Positions 1-10,700 of a stretch of DNA of 64,000 bases are shown here, in pieces. Source of the stretch: Candidatus Sulfotelmatobacter sp. (GTDB lineage Bacteria; Acidobacteriota; Terriglobia; Terriglobales; Acidobacteriaceae); assembly GCA_035945695.1 (NCBI GenBank), contig DASYZZ010000019.1, forward strand, positions 23,813 to 87,812, given 5' to 3'. The stretch's first letter is position 1. Every line of letters starts with the position of its first letter. The notes beneath the pieces are model-generated. The model made no database searches, was not told where the DNA came from, and saw nothing but the letters and a program-made list of their open reading frames with translations. Position numbers and translations under genes: made by a program.

Positions 1-1023
1 GAGCCGCCAGTTCTCGCCGCCATCATCAGAGCGATACAGCCCGCCATCGGGATTGTGCGCCTCAATCAGCGCATACACGCGCTCGGAATTCGACGCCACG
101 GCAACGCCGATCCTGCCGTAGGGTCCTTTCGGCAGCCCATGCTCCTCAAGCCGCTTCCAAGTTGTGCCACCGTCGTTCGAGCGATAGAGTCCGCTCCCCG
201 ACCCGCCGTCATCGAGACCCCATGAGGTGCGCCGCGTTTGCCATAGCGCACCGAACAGAATATTCGGATTGTGCGGATCGAACGTCACATCGATGCCGCC
301 AGTATTTTCATCTTTATAGAGAACCTTCTCCCAGGTCTTGCCGCCGTCCATTGTGCGGAAAATGCCGCGTTCGGTGTTTGGCCCGTAAACATGTCCGAGG
401 GCCGCGACAAACGCAATGTCCGGATTCGCCGGATTAATGATGACTTTTCCAATCGCCCGCGAATCTTTGAGCCCGACGTTCTTCCACGTCTTTCCGCCGT
501 CGAGCGTCTTGTAAACGCCATCGCCGTGCGAGATGTTGCCGCGAATACACGCCTCGCCGGTCCCGACATAAACAATGTTGGGATTGGAGTCCGCCACGGC
601 AATGCTCCCAATCGATGATGTGCCTTCTTTGTCGAACACCGGCGACCAGGTCATCGCGCCGTCAGTCGACTTCCACACTCCGCCGCCGGTCGCGCCGAAA
701 TAATAGGTCGTGGGATCTCCCGGAACGCCCGCCGCAGTCAACGATCTGCCGCCGCGGAACGGCCCGATCAGCCGGTACTTCATCCCTTTGAAGACTTTTT
801 CTTCCGGATTGGCGGATTCACTCTTCGCGTCGGGTGCCTTCTCCGCAGAAGCCGCGTCCGTCGACGGAGCCGATTGCGTGCGCTTCACCGCCTTCGACTG
901 CCGCTCAGGTTTGGCTTGAGCGTTGGCAGAAGGTGTGGAACTGAAGAAGGAAATTGCGAACATCAGCAGGAAAAGCGAACAGACGCAGAGTGACGCACTC
1001 TTGCGAAAGCTATCTAGGCCCAT
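1..1023 (-). CDS. BNR/Sortilin-VPS10-like beta-propeller protein (glycosyl-hydrolase-like), N-terminal part; continues beyond window start
   Basis: Absent from the ORF track because it has no stop in the window. My reverse translation from ATG 1023..1021 gives MGLDSFRKSASLCVCSLFLLMFAISFFSSTPSANA (signal peptide). Repeated blades follow in one frame down to base 1: GGGVWKSTDGAMTW, YKTLDGGKTW, FRTMDGGKTW, SNDGGTTW, DDGGENW. Confidence 0.75.
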   Translation of the reverse strand, partial: MGLDSFRKSASLCVCSLFLLMFAISFFSSTPSANAQAKPERQSKAVKRTQSAPSTDAASAEKAPDAKSESANPEEKVFKGMKYRLIGPFRGGRSLTAAGVPGDPTTYYFGATGGGVWKSTDGAMTWSPVFDKEGTSSIGSIAVADSNPNIVYVGTGEACIRGNISHGDGVYKTLDGGKTWKNVGLKDSRAIGKVIINPANPDIAFVAALGHVYGPNTERGIFRTMDGGKTWEKVLYKDENTGGIDVTFDPHNPNILFGALWQTRRTSWGLDDGGSGSGLYRSNDGGTTWKRLEEHGLPKGPYGRIGVAVASNSERVYALIEAHNPDGGLYRSDDGGENWRL

Positions 1024-1173
1024 TTTCTGGTTCTCCGGGAGGATCTGGACAATTCAGCTATGGTAATTCGTGAAGTCACGGCTGGAAAGAGGGACGTCGC
1101 GAAAGTGTCCGCCGGTCAGAGATTCGAAATGCCAATTGGAGCGTGAGGTCCAAAGATTTGGGCAAGGCACTAG

Positions 1174-1226
1174 CCACTAATCACTTTCCATTTGCTTAGC
1201 CCCCTAACCTCTGGCCCCTGGCCCCT
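1174..1226 (-). repeat. G-tract-rich (mRNA sense) 3-prime element abutting the ppk2 stop
   Basis: Plus strand CCACTAATCACTTTCCATTTGCTTAGCCCCCTAACCTCTGGCCCCTGGCCCCT. Shares its core with 13254-13304. Confidence 0.5.
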
Positions 1227-2103
1227 ATTTCTTCTCTTCCAAAACTTTCCTGGCCGCCGCAAGCTCTTTTTTCTTCACGTCATCGACTTTGGGATACGAA
1301 AGTTTCAGCGACTCCAGCGTGTCGACGAGCACCGTTGAAATCACCAGGCGCGAGAACCATTTATTATCTGCGGGCACAACATACCAGGGCGCGTGTCCGG
1401 TGGCAGTGTTGCGGATCATCTCCTCGTAGGCTTCCTGATACTCATCCCAATACTTCCGCTCGTGAATGTCGCTGGCGGAAAACTTCCAATTTTTCTCCGG
1501 CTCATCGAGTCTCGCCAGAAAACGCTTCTTCTGTTCTTTTTTCGACAGATTCAGAAAGAATTTCCGGATCACGGTCCCGCTGCGCGCCAGGTGCTTTTCG
1601 AACCAGCAAATATCTTCGAAGCGCTCCTCCCATATATGCTTTCCCACCAAAGACGGCGGTGTCTTCTGGCTTTTCAGAATGTCCGAATGCACGCGCACGA
1701 CGAGCACTTCTTCGTAATAAGAACGGTTAAAAACTCCAATATGACCACGCTCCGGCAACGCCACCGTCGTCCGCCATAAAAAATCGTGCTGAAGTTCGGT
1801 TTCCGTTGGCGCTTTGAACGAATGCACCTGGCAGCCCTGCGGATTGACTCCTGACATCACATGCTTGACGGCTCCATCTTTGCCCGCCGCGTCCATGGCC
1901 TGAAAAATCAGCAGCACCGACCAGTTGTCCTGCGCGTAAAGCATGTCCTGCAGTTCGGCGGTGCGCGCGATGCCTTGCGCGAGTGCGTCCTCTGCGTGCT
2001 CCTTCGACTTCCAGTGTCCCGTAAAGGCCGGATCGAAATCCTTCAGCCGAAAGTGCTTGCCACTGTCAACCCTGAATGTGTCCGCCAGCTTGCGAGTCTT
2101 CAT
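1225..2103 (-). CDS. ppk2: Polyphosphate kinase 2 family (polyphosphate:nucleotide phosphotransferase)
   Basis: 292 aa. Walker-A-like AMDAAGKDG, then the FNRSYYEEVLVVRVH and WYVVPADNKW blocks typical of single-domain PPK2. Confidence 0.88.
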   Translation of the reverse strand: MKTRKLADTFRVDSGKHFRLKDFDPAFTGHWKSKEHAEDALAQGIARTAELQDMLYAQDNWSVLLIFQAMDAAGKDGAVKHVMSGVNPQGCQVHSFKAPTETELQHDFLWRTTVALPERGHIGVFNRSYYEEVLVVRVHSDILKSQKTPPSLVGKHIWEERFEDICWFEKHLARSGTVIRKFFLNLSKKEQKKRFLARLDEPEKNWKFSASDIHERKYWDEYQEAYEEMIRNTATGHAPWYVVPADNKWFSRLVISTVLVDTLESLKLSYPKVDDVKKKELAAARKVLEEKK

Positions 2104-2136
2104 TCTTTTTCAACTCCTCAGGCCCTATCGGCGCGC

Positions 2137-3675
2137 TCACTTAGCTGAGCGCCGGGCGCGCCGCCGCTGTGGCGGCCTGATTCCCTTCTCCGGCACTTCT
2201 CTTTCGATCTTATCCGAGAGATGATGCAACGGTCGGTCTCCAGCCGAAGAAAGTTGCCGTCCCACGATCTTTGCTGTCAAACCCTGGCCCGTGTACGTCG
2301 CCTCGTTAAAGGTTGTGCCCGAACTCGCCTGCGCAACTGCGAATACACCGTGCGGTACGCCGTTCGTGAATGCCGTCGCGATGTAGTCGCCTACCATCAA
2401 TCCATTCTGGGATGTCGGCAACCATCCAAGCAGCATTGCTCCTGTCAGGGCGGTCGGCGTATTCCACGTCGCTCCGCCATTGCCGGAGGAGATGTATCCC
2501 ACAAATAGTTGGCAGGTCGCCACCATGCAATTGCTTTGCGAGTAGTAATAGTAGTGAAGGCCAATGTGCGCCGATGAACCGGAAGTCGCGGGATCGATCC
2601 CGATCCCAGGAATGAAATGATCCACCGTGCTCGACGTATCGTCGATCGGGATGCGAGACACCGCACTCCAGGTCACACCATCCGTCGACGTGCTGTAGAC
2701 AAGATCGTTGGTCGAGCATTGCGAGCGGAAGCGGCAGTCTTCCCACACGACCCACACGGTTCCCGCTCCATCCACCGCAGCGGAAGGTAGGGGACCGCTC
2801 CGAATTCCTCCTGCATCGCCGTGATACTGGACCGCCGAAATGACACCCGGTGCACTCCAGCTCGCGCCTCCGTTGGTCGAACCGAAAGACGACATCGCGT
2901 TCGTCTCGATCGGCACGATCACCGTTCCGTTGGGCTGAACGAGCGGCTGCCCGCCAATTCCGTAAGAAATAAATGCCGTGGGCAACGGAGTTCCCCACGT
3001 CAGCCCTCCGTCTGTCGACGTGCTCATCAGGATCTCATCCCCATTGTTTGGGTCATCCCACTCCAGATAACAGTTGCCGTAGAACGGACTCGAAGGCCAG
3101 CTGTCGCAGACAATCCAATTCTTGTCCGAGCTCTGTGCAATTGGATCTGCGCTCACAGGATTCTGCCAGGTGAAGCCTCCGTCCGTAGACCGGCTGACGG
3201 CGACCGCAGGAACCTGCAACGTCGCAGAAAGCGGCAACGCCGCAATCATCCAGACGCTGTGCTTCGCGTCGTATGCTACGACCGGATCGCTCGCCGCATC
3301 GTACGGACCGCTTCCCTCGCCCTTCGTCAGCCCGGGCAAAAATCCGTGACTCCAGGTCGTGCCGCCGTCGGTCGAAGTCGCCCAACCGATGTCGGTCGCG
3401 CCCCCCGGCGCGATCCGGCCAGTCTGAAACGTCGCCACGAGCGTCGATCCATTCGACAGCATGTGCGGTTCGACCTCGGTGGCATGCTGTCCTGGACCGA
3501 TCGAGTACGGATCGGAGCTGATCTGCGTGAGGTTCGATCCCACGGGATTGCCTGGCGGAGGCGGCGGGGTCGATGTAAATGAAGAGGAAGACGGCGATCC
3601 CGAGCACGCCGTCCACACGAGAGTAAGCAGAGTCACAAGAAATGCAGCCGCAAACTTCCAGTGATTCGTTGACAT
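2137..3675 (-). CDS. BNR-repeat (sialidase-fold) lipoprotein
   Basis: Lipobox LVWTAC near the N-terminus. Five or more S-x-D-x-G-x-T-W Asp-boxes: STDGGTTWS, STDGGFTWQ, STDGGLTWG, STNGGASWS, STDGVTWS. Confidence 0.8.
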   Translation of the reverse strand: MSTNHWKFAAAFLVTLLTLVWTACSGSPSSSSFTSTPPPPPGNPVGSNLTQISSDPYSIGPGQHATEVEPHMLSNGSTLVATFQTGRIAPGGATDIGWATSTDGGTTWSHGFLPGLTKGEGSGPYDAASDPVVAYDAKHSVWMIAALPLSATLQVPAVAVSRSTDGGFTWQNPVSADPIAQSSDKNWIVCDSWPSSPFYGNCYLEWDDPNNGDEILMSTSTDGGLTWGTPLPTAFISYGIGGQPLVQPNGTVIVPIETNAMSSFGSTNGGASWSAPGVISAVQYHGDAGGIRSGPLPSAAVDGAGTVWVVWEDCRFRSQCSTNDLVYSTSTDGVTWSAVSRIPIDDTSSTVDHFIPGIGIDPATSGSSAHIGLHYYYYSQSNCMVATCQLFVGYISSGNGGATWNTPTALTGAMLLGWLPTSQNGLMVGDYIATAFTNGVPHGVFAVAQASSGTTFNEATYTGQGLTAKIVGRQLSSAGDRPLHHLSDKIEREVPEKGIRPPQRRRARRSAK

Positions 3676-3837
3676 GTTTTTGGGATCACGGTCACACCGA
3701 GGCCCATTGGGACGCCCGGTTTTGCTCCCATGATTCGTGCTTCAAACTCCCAAGCTCGTAGGAGGCAGGCAGATCCCTCGTCAGCAGCCGGGGATCTCGC
3801 GTGCTGCTTCACCACAACAGCCACACAAAATCGATCT

Positions 3838-4995
3838 CTACTGCGCGTCGCTCAGCTTCTGGCGCCCGGTGTCCGAACCCTGCGCCTGCACCACCGTGAT
3901 CGGAGCCTGCAATGTAAAGTTCAATACGGTCTCGGACGGGAGTTTGATCTGCTGCGACTTCGAAGCCGCCTGCGCTCCCGCGCCTACGCCGGCGCCCGCC
4001 GCCGATCCAATCGCCGCTCCTTTGCCGCCACCTGCGATTGCGCCAATAATGCCGCCGATGATCGCGCCGCCGCCGACCTTCTCGGCCGTGTTCTTACCGC
4101 GCGACTTCCCTTCCTTGCGGTACTGATCCGTCTGCAGCCCGTATGTCTTCCCGCCCGACTTCAGGCTATCGAGCTGCAGCACCACCACGGATTGCCCCGC
4201 AAACGTGCCCGCGCTCTTCACATCAACCACGTGACCGGTGATTTCCACCCCTGCCGGAACCGCCTGCTCTCCATCCGAAGTTAGCGGCGCATTCAAGGTC
4301 GCGTGAAATGTATCGTTCACCTGGTTCTTTTCGCTGTCAATCGGATCGACCAGCCTCACGCTCAACTGCGTCCCCTGGTCGATGATGAACTGCCGCGGCG
4401 GAGGCGGCGGAGGCGGCACCGGTGTCGCATTATCAGCCGGAGCCGGCGCGGGTGCTGGCGCGGAATTCGCTGGCGGATTATTCGCCGCCATCTGGTTCTT
4501 CGAAGCCTGCTGATCATCGGATTGCTGTCCGCGCTTGTGAGCCGGCTTCGTCCGCTCACGACGCGGCTTCTCCGGCTTCGGACTCGCATCCGCTTTCGGA
4601 CTCGGATCCGACTTCGAATCCATCCCGGGATCAGGCTTCGCCTCAGGAGTGCTATTCGCAGCCTCCTGCGCCGCGGGCTGTGGTGCGGCTCCCGCTGCGG
4701 TGGATGCGTCCGCAATCTGCAGATTATTGATTACCGTCTTGACGCCGGGCTCCGATGCCGCCTGCTTGGCAGCCGCGTCCCGCTGGGCGTCGTTGTCGAC
4801 GGTTCCCGACAAAGTCACAACTCCGTTATTCGCTTGCACGGTCAACTGCTTCGTCGACAATCCGGAATCCTGGCTGAATTTGCTCTGGATATCGCTCGAC
4901 ATCTTCGCGTCATCCAGTTTCTTCGCACAGCCCACGCCCACGACTAGAATCGCCGCAAGAATGAAGGAATACACAACTGCGCATGTTTTTTTCAT
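3838..4995 (-). CDS. BON-domain lipoprotein with Pro/Ala-rich linker and C-terminal glycine-zipper region
   Basis: The track ORF reaches 5154, but the internal ATG at 4995 gives MKKTCAVVYSFILAAILVVGVGC (lipobox). BON-like segment LTVQANNGVVTLSGTVDNDAQRDAAAKQAASEPGVKTVINNL. Low-complexity PAP/PPPP stretch. GGGAIIGGIIGAIAGGGKGAAIGSAAGAG glycine zipper. Confidence 0.72.
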   Translation of the reverse strand: MKKTCAVVYSFILAAILVVGVGCAKKLDDAKMSSDIQSKFSQDSGLSTKQLTVQANNGVVTLSGTVDNDAQRDAAAKQAASEPGVKTVINNLQIADASTAAGAAPQPAAQEAANSTPEAKPDPGMDSKSDPSPKADASPKPEKPRRERTKPAHKRGQQSDDQQASKNQMAANNPPANSAPAPAPAPADNATPVPPPPPPPRQFIIDQGTQLSVRLVDPIDSEKNQVNDTFHATLNAPLTSDGEQAVPAGVEITGHVVDVKSAGTFAGQSVVVLQLDSLKSGGKTYGLQTDQYRKEGKSRGKNTAEKVGGGAIIGGIIGAIAGGGKGAAIGSAAGAGVGAGAQAASKSQQIKLPSETVLNFTLQAPITVVQAQGSDTGRQKLSDAQ

Positions 4996-5196
4996 AACTC
5001 CACTCCTGGATACTGGAAACAAAGGGTGAGGGACCACCCTCTCGGTTAAGTTTAGATGCTTCGGATGATTCCTGCAGATGTAAATCAATGAGGTACGCAG
5101 GTACAGCCGCTTGGCTGTTTGAGTGAAATCAAGAGCCGAGCAAACGCGCGCCATCGCGCAAATCCCTCGATCGATAGTCTGTCCGGAAAATTCGAC

Positions 5197-5721
5197 TTAA
5201 TGGATGAACTTATAATCGACGATGGAAGCCGCCAACGCTGCCGAAGACTGCTCTTCCTTGGCCTCGCCTTTGGCTCGCATCACCCGCCCCTGGCAGACAA
5301 CGTTGCTGTTCTTCTGCCCTGAGATTTCCTCCGGCATCTCGAACACCATCTCCACCAGCGCATTCACCGGCAAAGGCTGCGGACCGCTGAAGAGCACTCC
5401 GCTCTGGCTGATGTTTTCAATGATCCCCTCATACCATGTGCTGGTCTTGTTCACGCGGTAGCGGAGTGGGATGTCGAGTTTCAAACGCCGTGCTCGCGGC
5501 ACCCACGACGGACGCTTCTCCCGCGCATGGCTGCGCCGGATGCCCGTCTCCGCCTTCCGCTCCACACGCTCGGTTCGGCGCATGGTCGTCCAGTCATATT
5601 TGTATTCCGCGGCGCATAGCAGACATACCTGGTAGTAGTCGCCATCCGCACCTCGGCGTGGCCAGGAGAACTCGTGGGAGCAGCGCCCAAGCATAAGCAC
5701 ATCCATGAATTTCTGCGGCAT
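5197..5721 (-). CDS. PilZ-domain protein with Cys-rich N-terminal module
   Basis: C-terminal half carries PilZ-type RR...(D/N)xSxxG elements (ARRLKLDIPLRY ... IENISQSGVLF). N-terminus has CSHEF...CLLC. Confidence 0.65.
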   Translation of the reverse strand: MPQKFMDVLMLGRCSHEFSWPRRGADGDYYQVCLLCAAEYKYDWTTMRRTERVERKAETGIRRSHAREKRPSWVPRARRLKLDIPLRYRVNKTSTWYEGIIENISQSGVLFSGPQPLPVNALVEMVFEMPEEISGQKNSNVVCQGRVMRAKGEAKEEQSSAALAASIVDYKFIH

Positions 5722-5922
5722 TGTTTACGATTCCCGGTCGAACTTAGGACGCACCCCATCATCGCTCGAAGGTGCCCATTTGAATAGGTTACTTTCGTGC
5801 ATCCCCTTGACGCTCGCGTTCATAACTCGCCTGAACGGAGTCACTTACCGCGCCGATGCTGGAGGGTTGCCATGGCAGCAGGTCGTCGCCCCGCCGATTT
5901 GGCGCACCCATCCCGTTCCCAC

Positions 5923-6378
5923 TCAATGCCCCTGTTTCTCCGTCAGTTCCTGCGCATTCACCGCCTGCCATTTTCCCTTGTCTCGTACAAACACGTCTGT
6001 AAACAAAGTCCGCCGCAGGGTAACTCCTTCGCCTCGCACAACCGCCCCGTTCACAATGCCGGCATTTCCATAAATGCGCACCCGCACATCCTCAAAATGC
6101 TTCGGCTCTTGCACCCCGCGGTGCTTCCGCAAATACTCAATCTGCTCCTTTTTCGTGATCATTCCGCTCGGCAGCACATGTACAAAGTCCGGCGCCAGAA
6201 TCTCCTCTTGCACATCCGGATTATCTTCCGCATGCAGCCAACGATTCTCCACTTCGAGCAGTTCCTGTTTCGCTTTCTCATGATCAGGAACAGAGCGATT
6301 CGTCTGGCCCTGCATCGACGGCACCGCAAACAACAACGCGCCCGCAACAGCACTGGCAAAAAGAAGCCGCACTCTCAT
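5923..6378 (-). CDS. Secreted SnoaL/NTF2-like (DUF4440-type) protein
   Basis: The track ORF extends to 6792 and overlaps mobA antisense. The internal ATG at 6378 gives signal peptide MRVRLLFASAVAGALLFAVPSMQG, followed by the ELLEVENRWLHAEDNPDV...DVFVRDKGKWQAVNAQ pattern of DUF4440-like proteins. Confidence 0.62.
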   Translation of the reverse strand: MRVRLLFASAVAGALLFAVPSMQGQTNRSVPDHEKAKQELLEVENRWLHAEDNPDVQEEILAPDFVHVLPSGMITKKEQIEYLRKHRGVQEPKHFEDVRVRIYGNAGIVNGAVVRGEGVTLRRTLFTDVFVRDKGKWQAVNAQELTEKQGH

Positions 6379-6418
6379 CCTTCTTCCCCCCGTTTTTGGG
6401 TGAATTCGTTCACAGTGT

Positions 6419-7018
6419 ATGATCCACGAAATGTCCATGGAGCATCCACTCTCCGCCTTCATTCTTGCCGGCGGCCAGAGCACGCGCATGGGCGCCGACA
6501 AGGCCTTCGTCGCCCTCAACGGACGCACCCTGCTCCAACGCGTCCTCAACACCACACGCTCCGTCACCCCCAACGTCTCCATCGTCGGAGATCCGGCGAA
6601 ATTCGCGCCGTTCGCACCCGCCGTGGCCGACATCTTCCCCGCTTGCGGACCGCTCGCCGGAATCCACGCCGCCCTCCGCTCCTCGCTCTCTGATCTGAAT
6701 TTGATTCTCGCCGTCGACCTGCCCTTCGTTCCTCCGGCGCTGCTCCAATTCCTGAGAACACAAGCCGAATCTTCCCCGGTCGCGAATGCCATCGTCCCCC
6801 ATACGTCTCAGGGATGGCAGCCTCTCTGCGCCATCTATCGCCGCTCGTTCGCGGATCTCGCCGACGAAGCCCTGCGCTCCGGCCGTTACAAAATCGACAC
6901 GCTCTTTCCCGCCGCCCAAGTTCGCGCCATCGACGAAGATGAACTTCAATCCGCCGGATTCTCGGCGCAGCTCTTCCGCAACCTCAACACGCCGCAGGAT
7001 CTCGCCGCGAGCGAATAA
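6419..7018 (+). CDS. mobA: Molybdenum cofactor guanylyltransferase
   Basis: LSAFILAGGQSTRMGADKAF (nucleotide-binding LAGGxxxRMG), CGPLAGIHAAL, AVDLPF: canonical MobA motifs. 199 aa. Confidence 0.85.
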   Translation: MIHEMSMEHPLSAFILAGGQSTRMGADKAFVALNGRTLLQRVLNTTRSVTPNVSIVGDPAKFAPFAPAVADIFPACGPLAGIHAALRSSLSDLNLILAVDLPFVPPALLQFLRTQAESSPVANAIVPHTSQGWQPLCAIYRRSFADLADEALRSGRYKIDTLFPAAQVRAIDEDELQSAGFSAQLFRNLNTPQDLAASE

Positions 7019-7073
7019 TGGGCTAAGGCTCGCAATCGTTCTAACCGGATCACGCTTCTTGTACCATTCCGTC

Positions 7074-7535
7074 ATGCCGCTCAAGGGAGACAGCAACAAA
7101 GAGCAACGCGCCTACGAGGAACTGGCGGCCTGGACTTTGGGCCTTGGCGATGCAGCATTCCTTCATCAACACGTCGTCGACGCCTGGGCCGCACAGCACG
7201 CGACCGCGGAATCCAAGCCGATCAAGATTGCCTTCGCGCTGCTCGGCCTGTATCTCCACCTGGAACACGGATTCTCTGGACGTGAGGTGCAGCTTGCTCA
7301 CATGCGCCTCGCTCAGCCGTATGGCCGCGGTCCGGGCCGCAAAGAATGGCCGCATTTTCCTATCCCGAAAGCGAGAGTAAATCTTACGGCGCAAGATGTA
7401 GTCACCGCGCCTGAAAGCGAACGCCCGCGAGCTATCGATCGCTGGTGCCAATCCGTGTGGAACGGTTGGGAAGACAGCCACTCAGCAATCGCCGAATGGG
7501 TAACGTGCGATTTGGGAGATCCGCGAAAGCGCTGA
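7074..7535 (+). CDS. Hypothetical protein (DUF5946-like)
   Basis: The longer track ORF (6786) overlaps mobA. ATG 7074 gives MPLKGDSNKEQRAYEELAAWTLGLGDAAFLHQHVVDAWAAQHA, a pattern I recall for DUF5946. This family call is from memory only. Confidence 0.5.
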   Translation: MPLKGDSNKEQRAYEELAAWTLGLGDAAFLHQHVVDAWAAQHATAESKPIKIAFALLGLYLHLEHGFSGREVQLAHMRLAQPYGRGPGRKEWPHFPIPKARVNLTAQDVVTAPESERPRAIDRWCQSVWNGWEDSHSAIAEWVTCDLGDPRKR

Positions 7536-7758
7536 CGACGGCCTTCCTCCGTCAGGCAGAGCCAGATGCCCTTGGCCCGCAGACCATAGCTCACTTCTGA
7601 CTTCTCTCTGGCCTCCCGAGCAAACGCGGAGCACCTTTTGTGCTTCCCGTCCAAGTCGCCATAAACAGAACCGGCCGAGGTCTCCCGCGATCGCCTGCCA
7701 TCCCAAGCTGGCAAGCCATGGCGCGTCGCCTCGGCCAATTCCGCCCTTACAGTCGAAC

Positions 7759-10700
7759 CTAGAAGTACAAGCTCGCTCCTAGTTGAAATTCCCTGGGATC
7801 ATACGCTGCCGTCACGGCTCCAAAGTTCGATGCTCCATAATTCAGGCTGATTCCTCCGTTATTGGCATCGCCCTTGAATTGCGTGTGATTCCAGGCGTTA
7901 AACGCATCCGCGCGCAGTTCGAACCGGCTTCCGCGCCGCTCGCTGATCACGAAGCTTTTGAACAGCGACAGATTCCAGTCGTCCCGTCCCGGACCGCGCA
8001 AGGCATCGAACCCAAGATTGCCCCACGCGCCCGGAACCGGCGCCGAGAATACTCCCTGATTGAACCATGCCCCCACCGTTTTCGGATACGTTATGGGTCC
8101 AGTCACGTTCGGACGATTCCCCGCCGCAAACTGAATCACGCTCGCAACGTTGTTTCCGCTCACGCCTAAATTGATCGGCGCTCCGCTTTCCGCCGTGATG
8201 ATTCCCGAAAGCTGCCAGCCTCCGACCGCAGTCTTCAGGAACCGGTTCTGCGCATTCCGGAAGAACGGCAACTGATAGACGAAGTTCGTGAAGAAGACAT
8301 TCGTCCGGTCATACGACGACGGTCCAATATCGAACCGCCAGCCCGCGTACGGATTCGTGATGTTATTCAGGTCTCCGCCGTTGCCCGGTCCACCCACGTT
8401 CGGATCGATCGCCCGCTCCAGCGTGTACCCAACCTGCACTTGCAGATCCTGTCTGACATTTCCGTGGAGATCCAACTGTAATGAGTTGTAATGGCTGTTC
8501 TCTCCGTTGAACGCCAGCCGCATCGCCCCGAACCCTTTGTAATTGTAGAGTTGATTGATTCCTGCCCCGCCGGACGCGACCAGTCCCGTCAGAGAGGCAA
8601 CGGGGGGCAGATTGATCTGCTGGTAGTAATCTTCGTGCCGGTCCTGCGCTCCGACATACGACGCTCCGAATACCAGCCGTTTGCCCAGCGCTTGCTCCAT
8701 TCCCGCGCTGAATTGATACGTTGTTGGCAGCTTGTAATTCTGTGCTTGAATGCCAGTGATGTTCACCGGAAGAATGGGCAGATTCGCGGCGCTGATCGTC
8801 GTTCCCGCCGTGAGATTGAGTCCAGGATTCGAAAACGACACGTTATGCAGTGTCGGGCTCGCATCGAACGGAGTGTTCGTTGCCCCGTCGTACATGTCAT
8901 TTCCCTGTATCCGGTCGAACATAATTCCGAATCCGGCGCGGACCACGGTCTTCCCCGTTCCGAAGACGTCGTACGCCAGTCCAATCCGCGGACCAAAATT
9001 CTTCCACGTGTTGTTGACCAGTCCCTTCGGAACGCCATTCACTCCGCCGATCCCGATTCCGTTCTCGTAGAACGAGAGGCCTGCCAAAATCGGATTCGGA
9101 CTCGTCCCTAACCCAGGACTCGGCCCCGTGCATCCCGGATCCGTCGGCCCGCTGCAGATGTTTCCTGCAGCGTCGAACGTTGCTGCCGCAGCCGGATTGA
9201 ACAGATTGGGATAGAAGTTCGACGACTGATGGTTCGCCTCATACGTATGCGGCATTCCATCCCAGCGGAGTCCAAGGTTCAAAGACAATCGACTTGTCGC
9301 ACGCCAGTTGTCCTGCACGTACGCGTCATAGGAAACATTGTTCCACTGCCCGGTCGCCTGCACTGCATCTTCCGTGTACTGCTGGGCATCTCCCAGCAGG
9401 AAGTCGGCAAAATCATATCCGGTAAACGATCCGTTGAACGTGAAGTTCCCTTGCGTGTTCGCGAAGTACGATTGCGACTTCGTGTAGAGCATCCAGCCGA
9501 AGCCGAACTTCAGCTGATGGGCTCCCTTCTGCCACGACAAATCGTCGCGTATCTGGTAATCGTTCGCGGCATTGTTCCACGGAGTCCAGTTGGCCGTGTA
9601 TTGCGATCCCGTCACTCCACTCAGGTTGACTGACGGAATCCGGTTGTCGAGGTTCGGCCCCTTGAATAGCCGGTTGAAGGTGAATCCGCTCGGCGCCGAT
9701 ACCAGCCCCAGTGGAGTGATGTGAATCCGGTTCCCGTCATAATTGAACGCAACTTCGTTCAGCAATGTTGGGCTGATCGTGTGCGTCAGGTGCAACACCG
9801 CGCTGTACGCCGGATTGTTGAACGTATCCGAGATCGACGGCACGTTGTCGCCGCTCCACTGTGTTGTTCCATACTGCTGCGAAATCTGCTCCGAAATCCA
9901 GTGCCCGAAGATCGAGAATTTGTTGTTGAACTGGTGATCGATGCGTGCGATCTCTTCCCGCACATTCGTCGGCGTATTGTTTCCGCCGATGAACTGTCCC
10001 GTATTAGTTGTCGGCAGCGGGAAGATCCCGCCGTACTTCCCGCCCGCCGTCAGCGCCAGTCGCGCGTTCGGGTCAATCGCGCAATCGGGAATCGTATTCG
10101 CCGGAAACGGCGCGCCGGGTACGAGAGTCGCTCTCACCGGCGCCGGACAGTTCGCTGCGAATCCCGCAACTCCCGTCGGCACCGTAATGATGTTCGGCGT
10201 CGGAGATCCGGTGGCGCTCGGCAGCGATGTCGGAATTACTGCACCCGTTCCGGCTCCGCCGGCATCCGGATATTCGCTCGCCAGCGGCACCGTCTGATTC
10301 AACAACTGCCCGACAATCAGGCTGCGCCATTCCATGTTGTAAAAGAAGAATGTCTTATGCTCCTTCTTCCAGAAATCCACGGGGCCGCCAGCGTTGAATC
10401 CGTACAGGTTGTAACGAAGTTCGGCGACCGGATTCGGATACGGATTGAAATAGTTCCTCGCGTCCAGCGCATCGTTTCGCCCGAACCACCACGCGTTGGC
10501 GTGAAAGTCCTTGGTTCCCGACTTGATCACCTGCGTCACCGTCGACGCGCCATTCATACCGTACTCCGCGCTATAGTTCGACGTGTCCATGCGAAACTCC
10601 GCAATCGCCTCCATTGACGGAGCCACGCTGCCCGAACTGCCGCCGCGATCCAGGTTCTCGCCGCCATCAAGCAGTTGCAGATTGTGACCCGGCCGCTGGC

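Noticed and set aside
5923-6792. N-terminal extensions proposed by the longest-ORF track: 5923..6792, 3838..5154, 61856..62524, 6786..7535, 38618..39529, 53891..55576.
   Set aside because: The extensions overlap neighbouring genes or encode Arg-rich junk. Internal starts give signal peptides or canonical family N-termini (the Ku MPSSVWSGHL, the GntK P-loop, and so on).
6419-7018. Considered linking mobA functionally to the Mo-hydroxylase cluster 9 kb away.
   Set aside because: It is separated by many unrelated genes, including a 3.5-kb receptor. XDH/CoxL-type enzymes commonly use the cytosine dinucleotide or plain MPT form rather than MGD. No support from the sequence.
7536-7758. Minus-strand ORF 7313..7738 in the gap between the DUF5946-like gene and the TonB receptor end. 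I considered a toxin or transposase fragment.
   Set aside because: It overlaps the 3-prime end of the plus-strand gene and has no recognisable motif. The evidence is insufficient.
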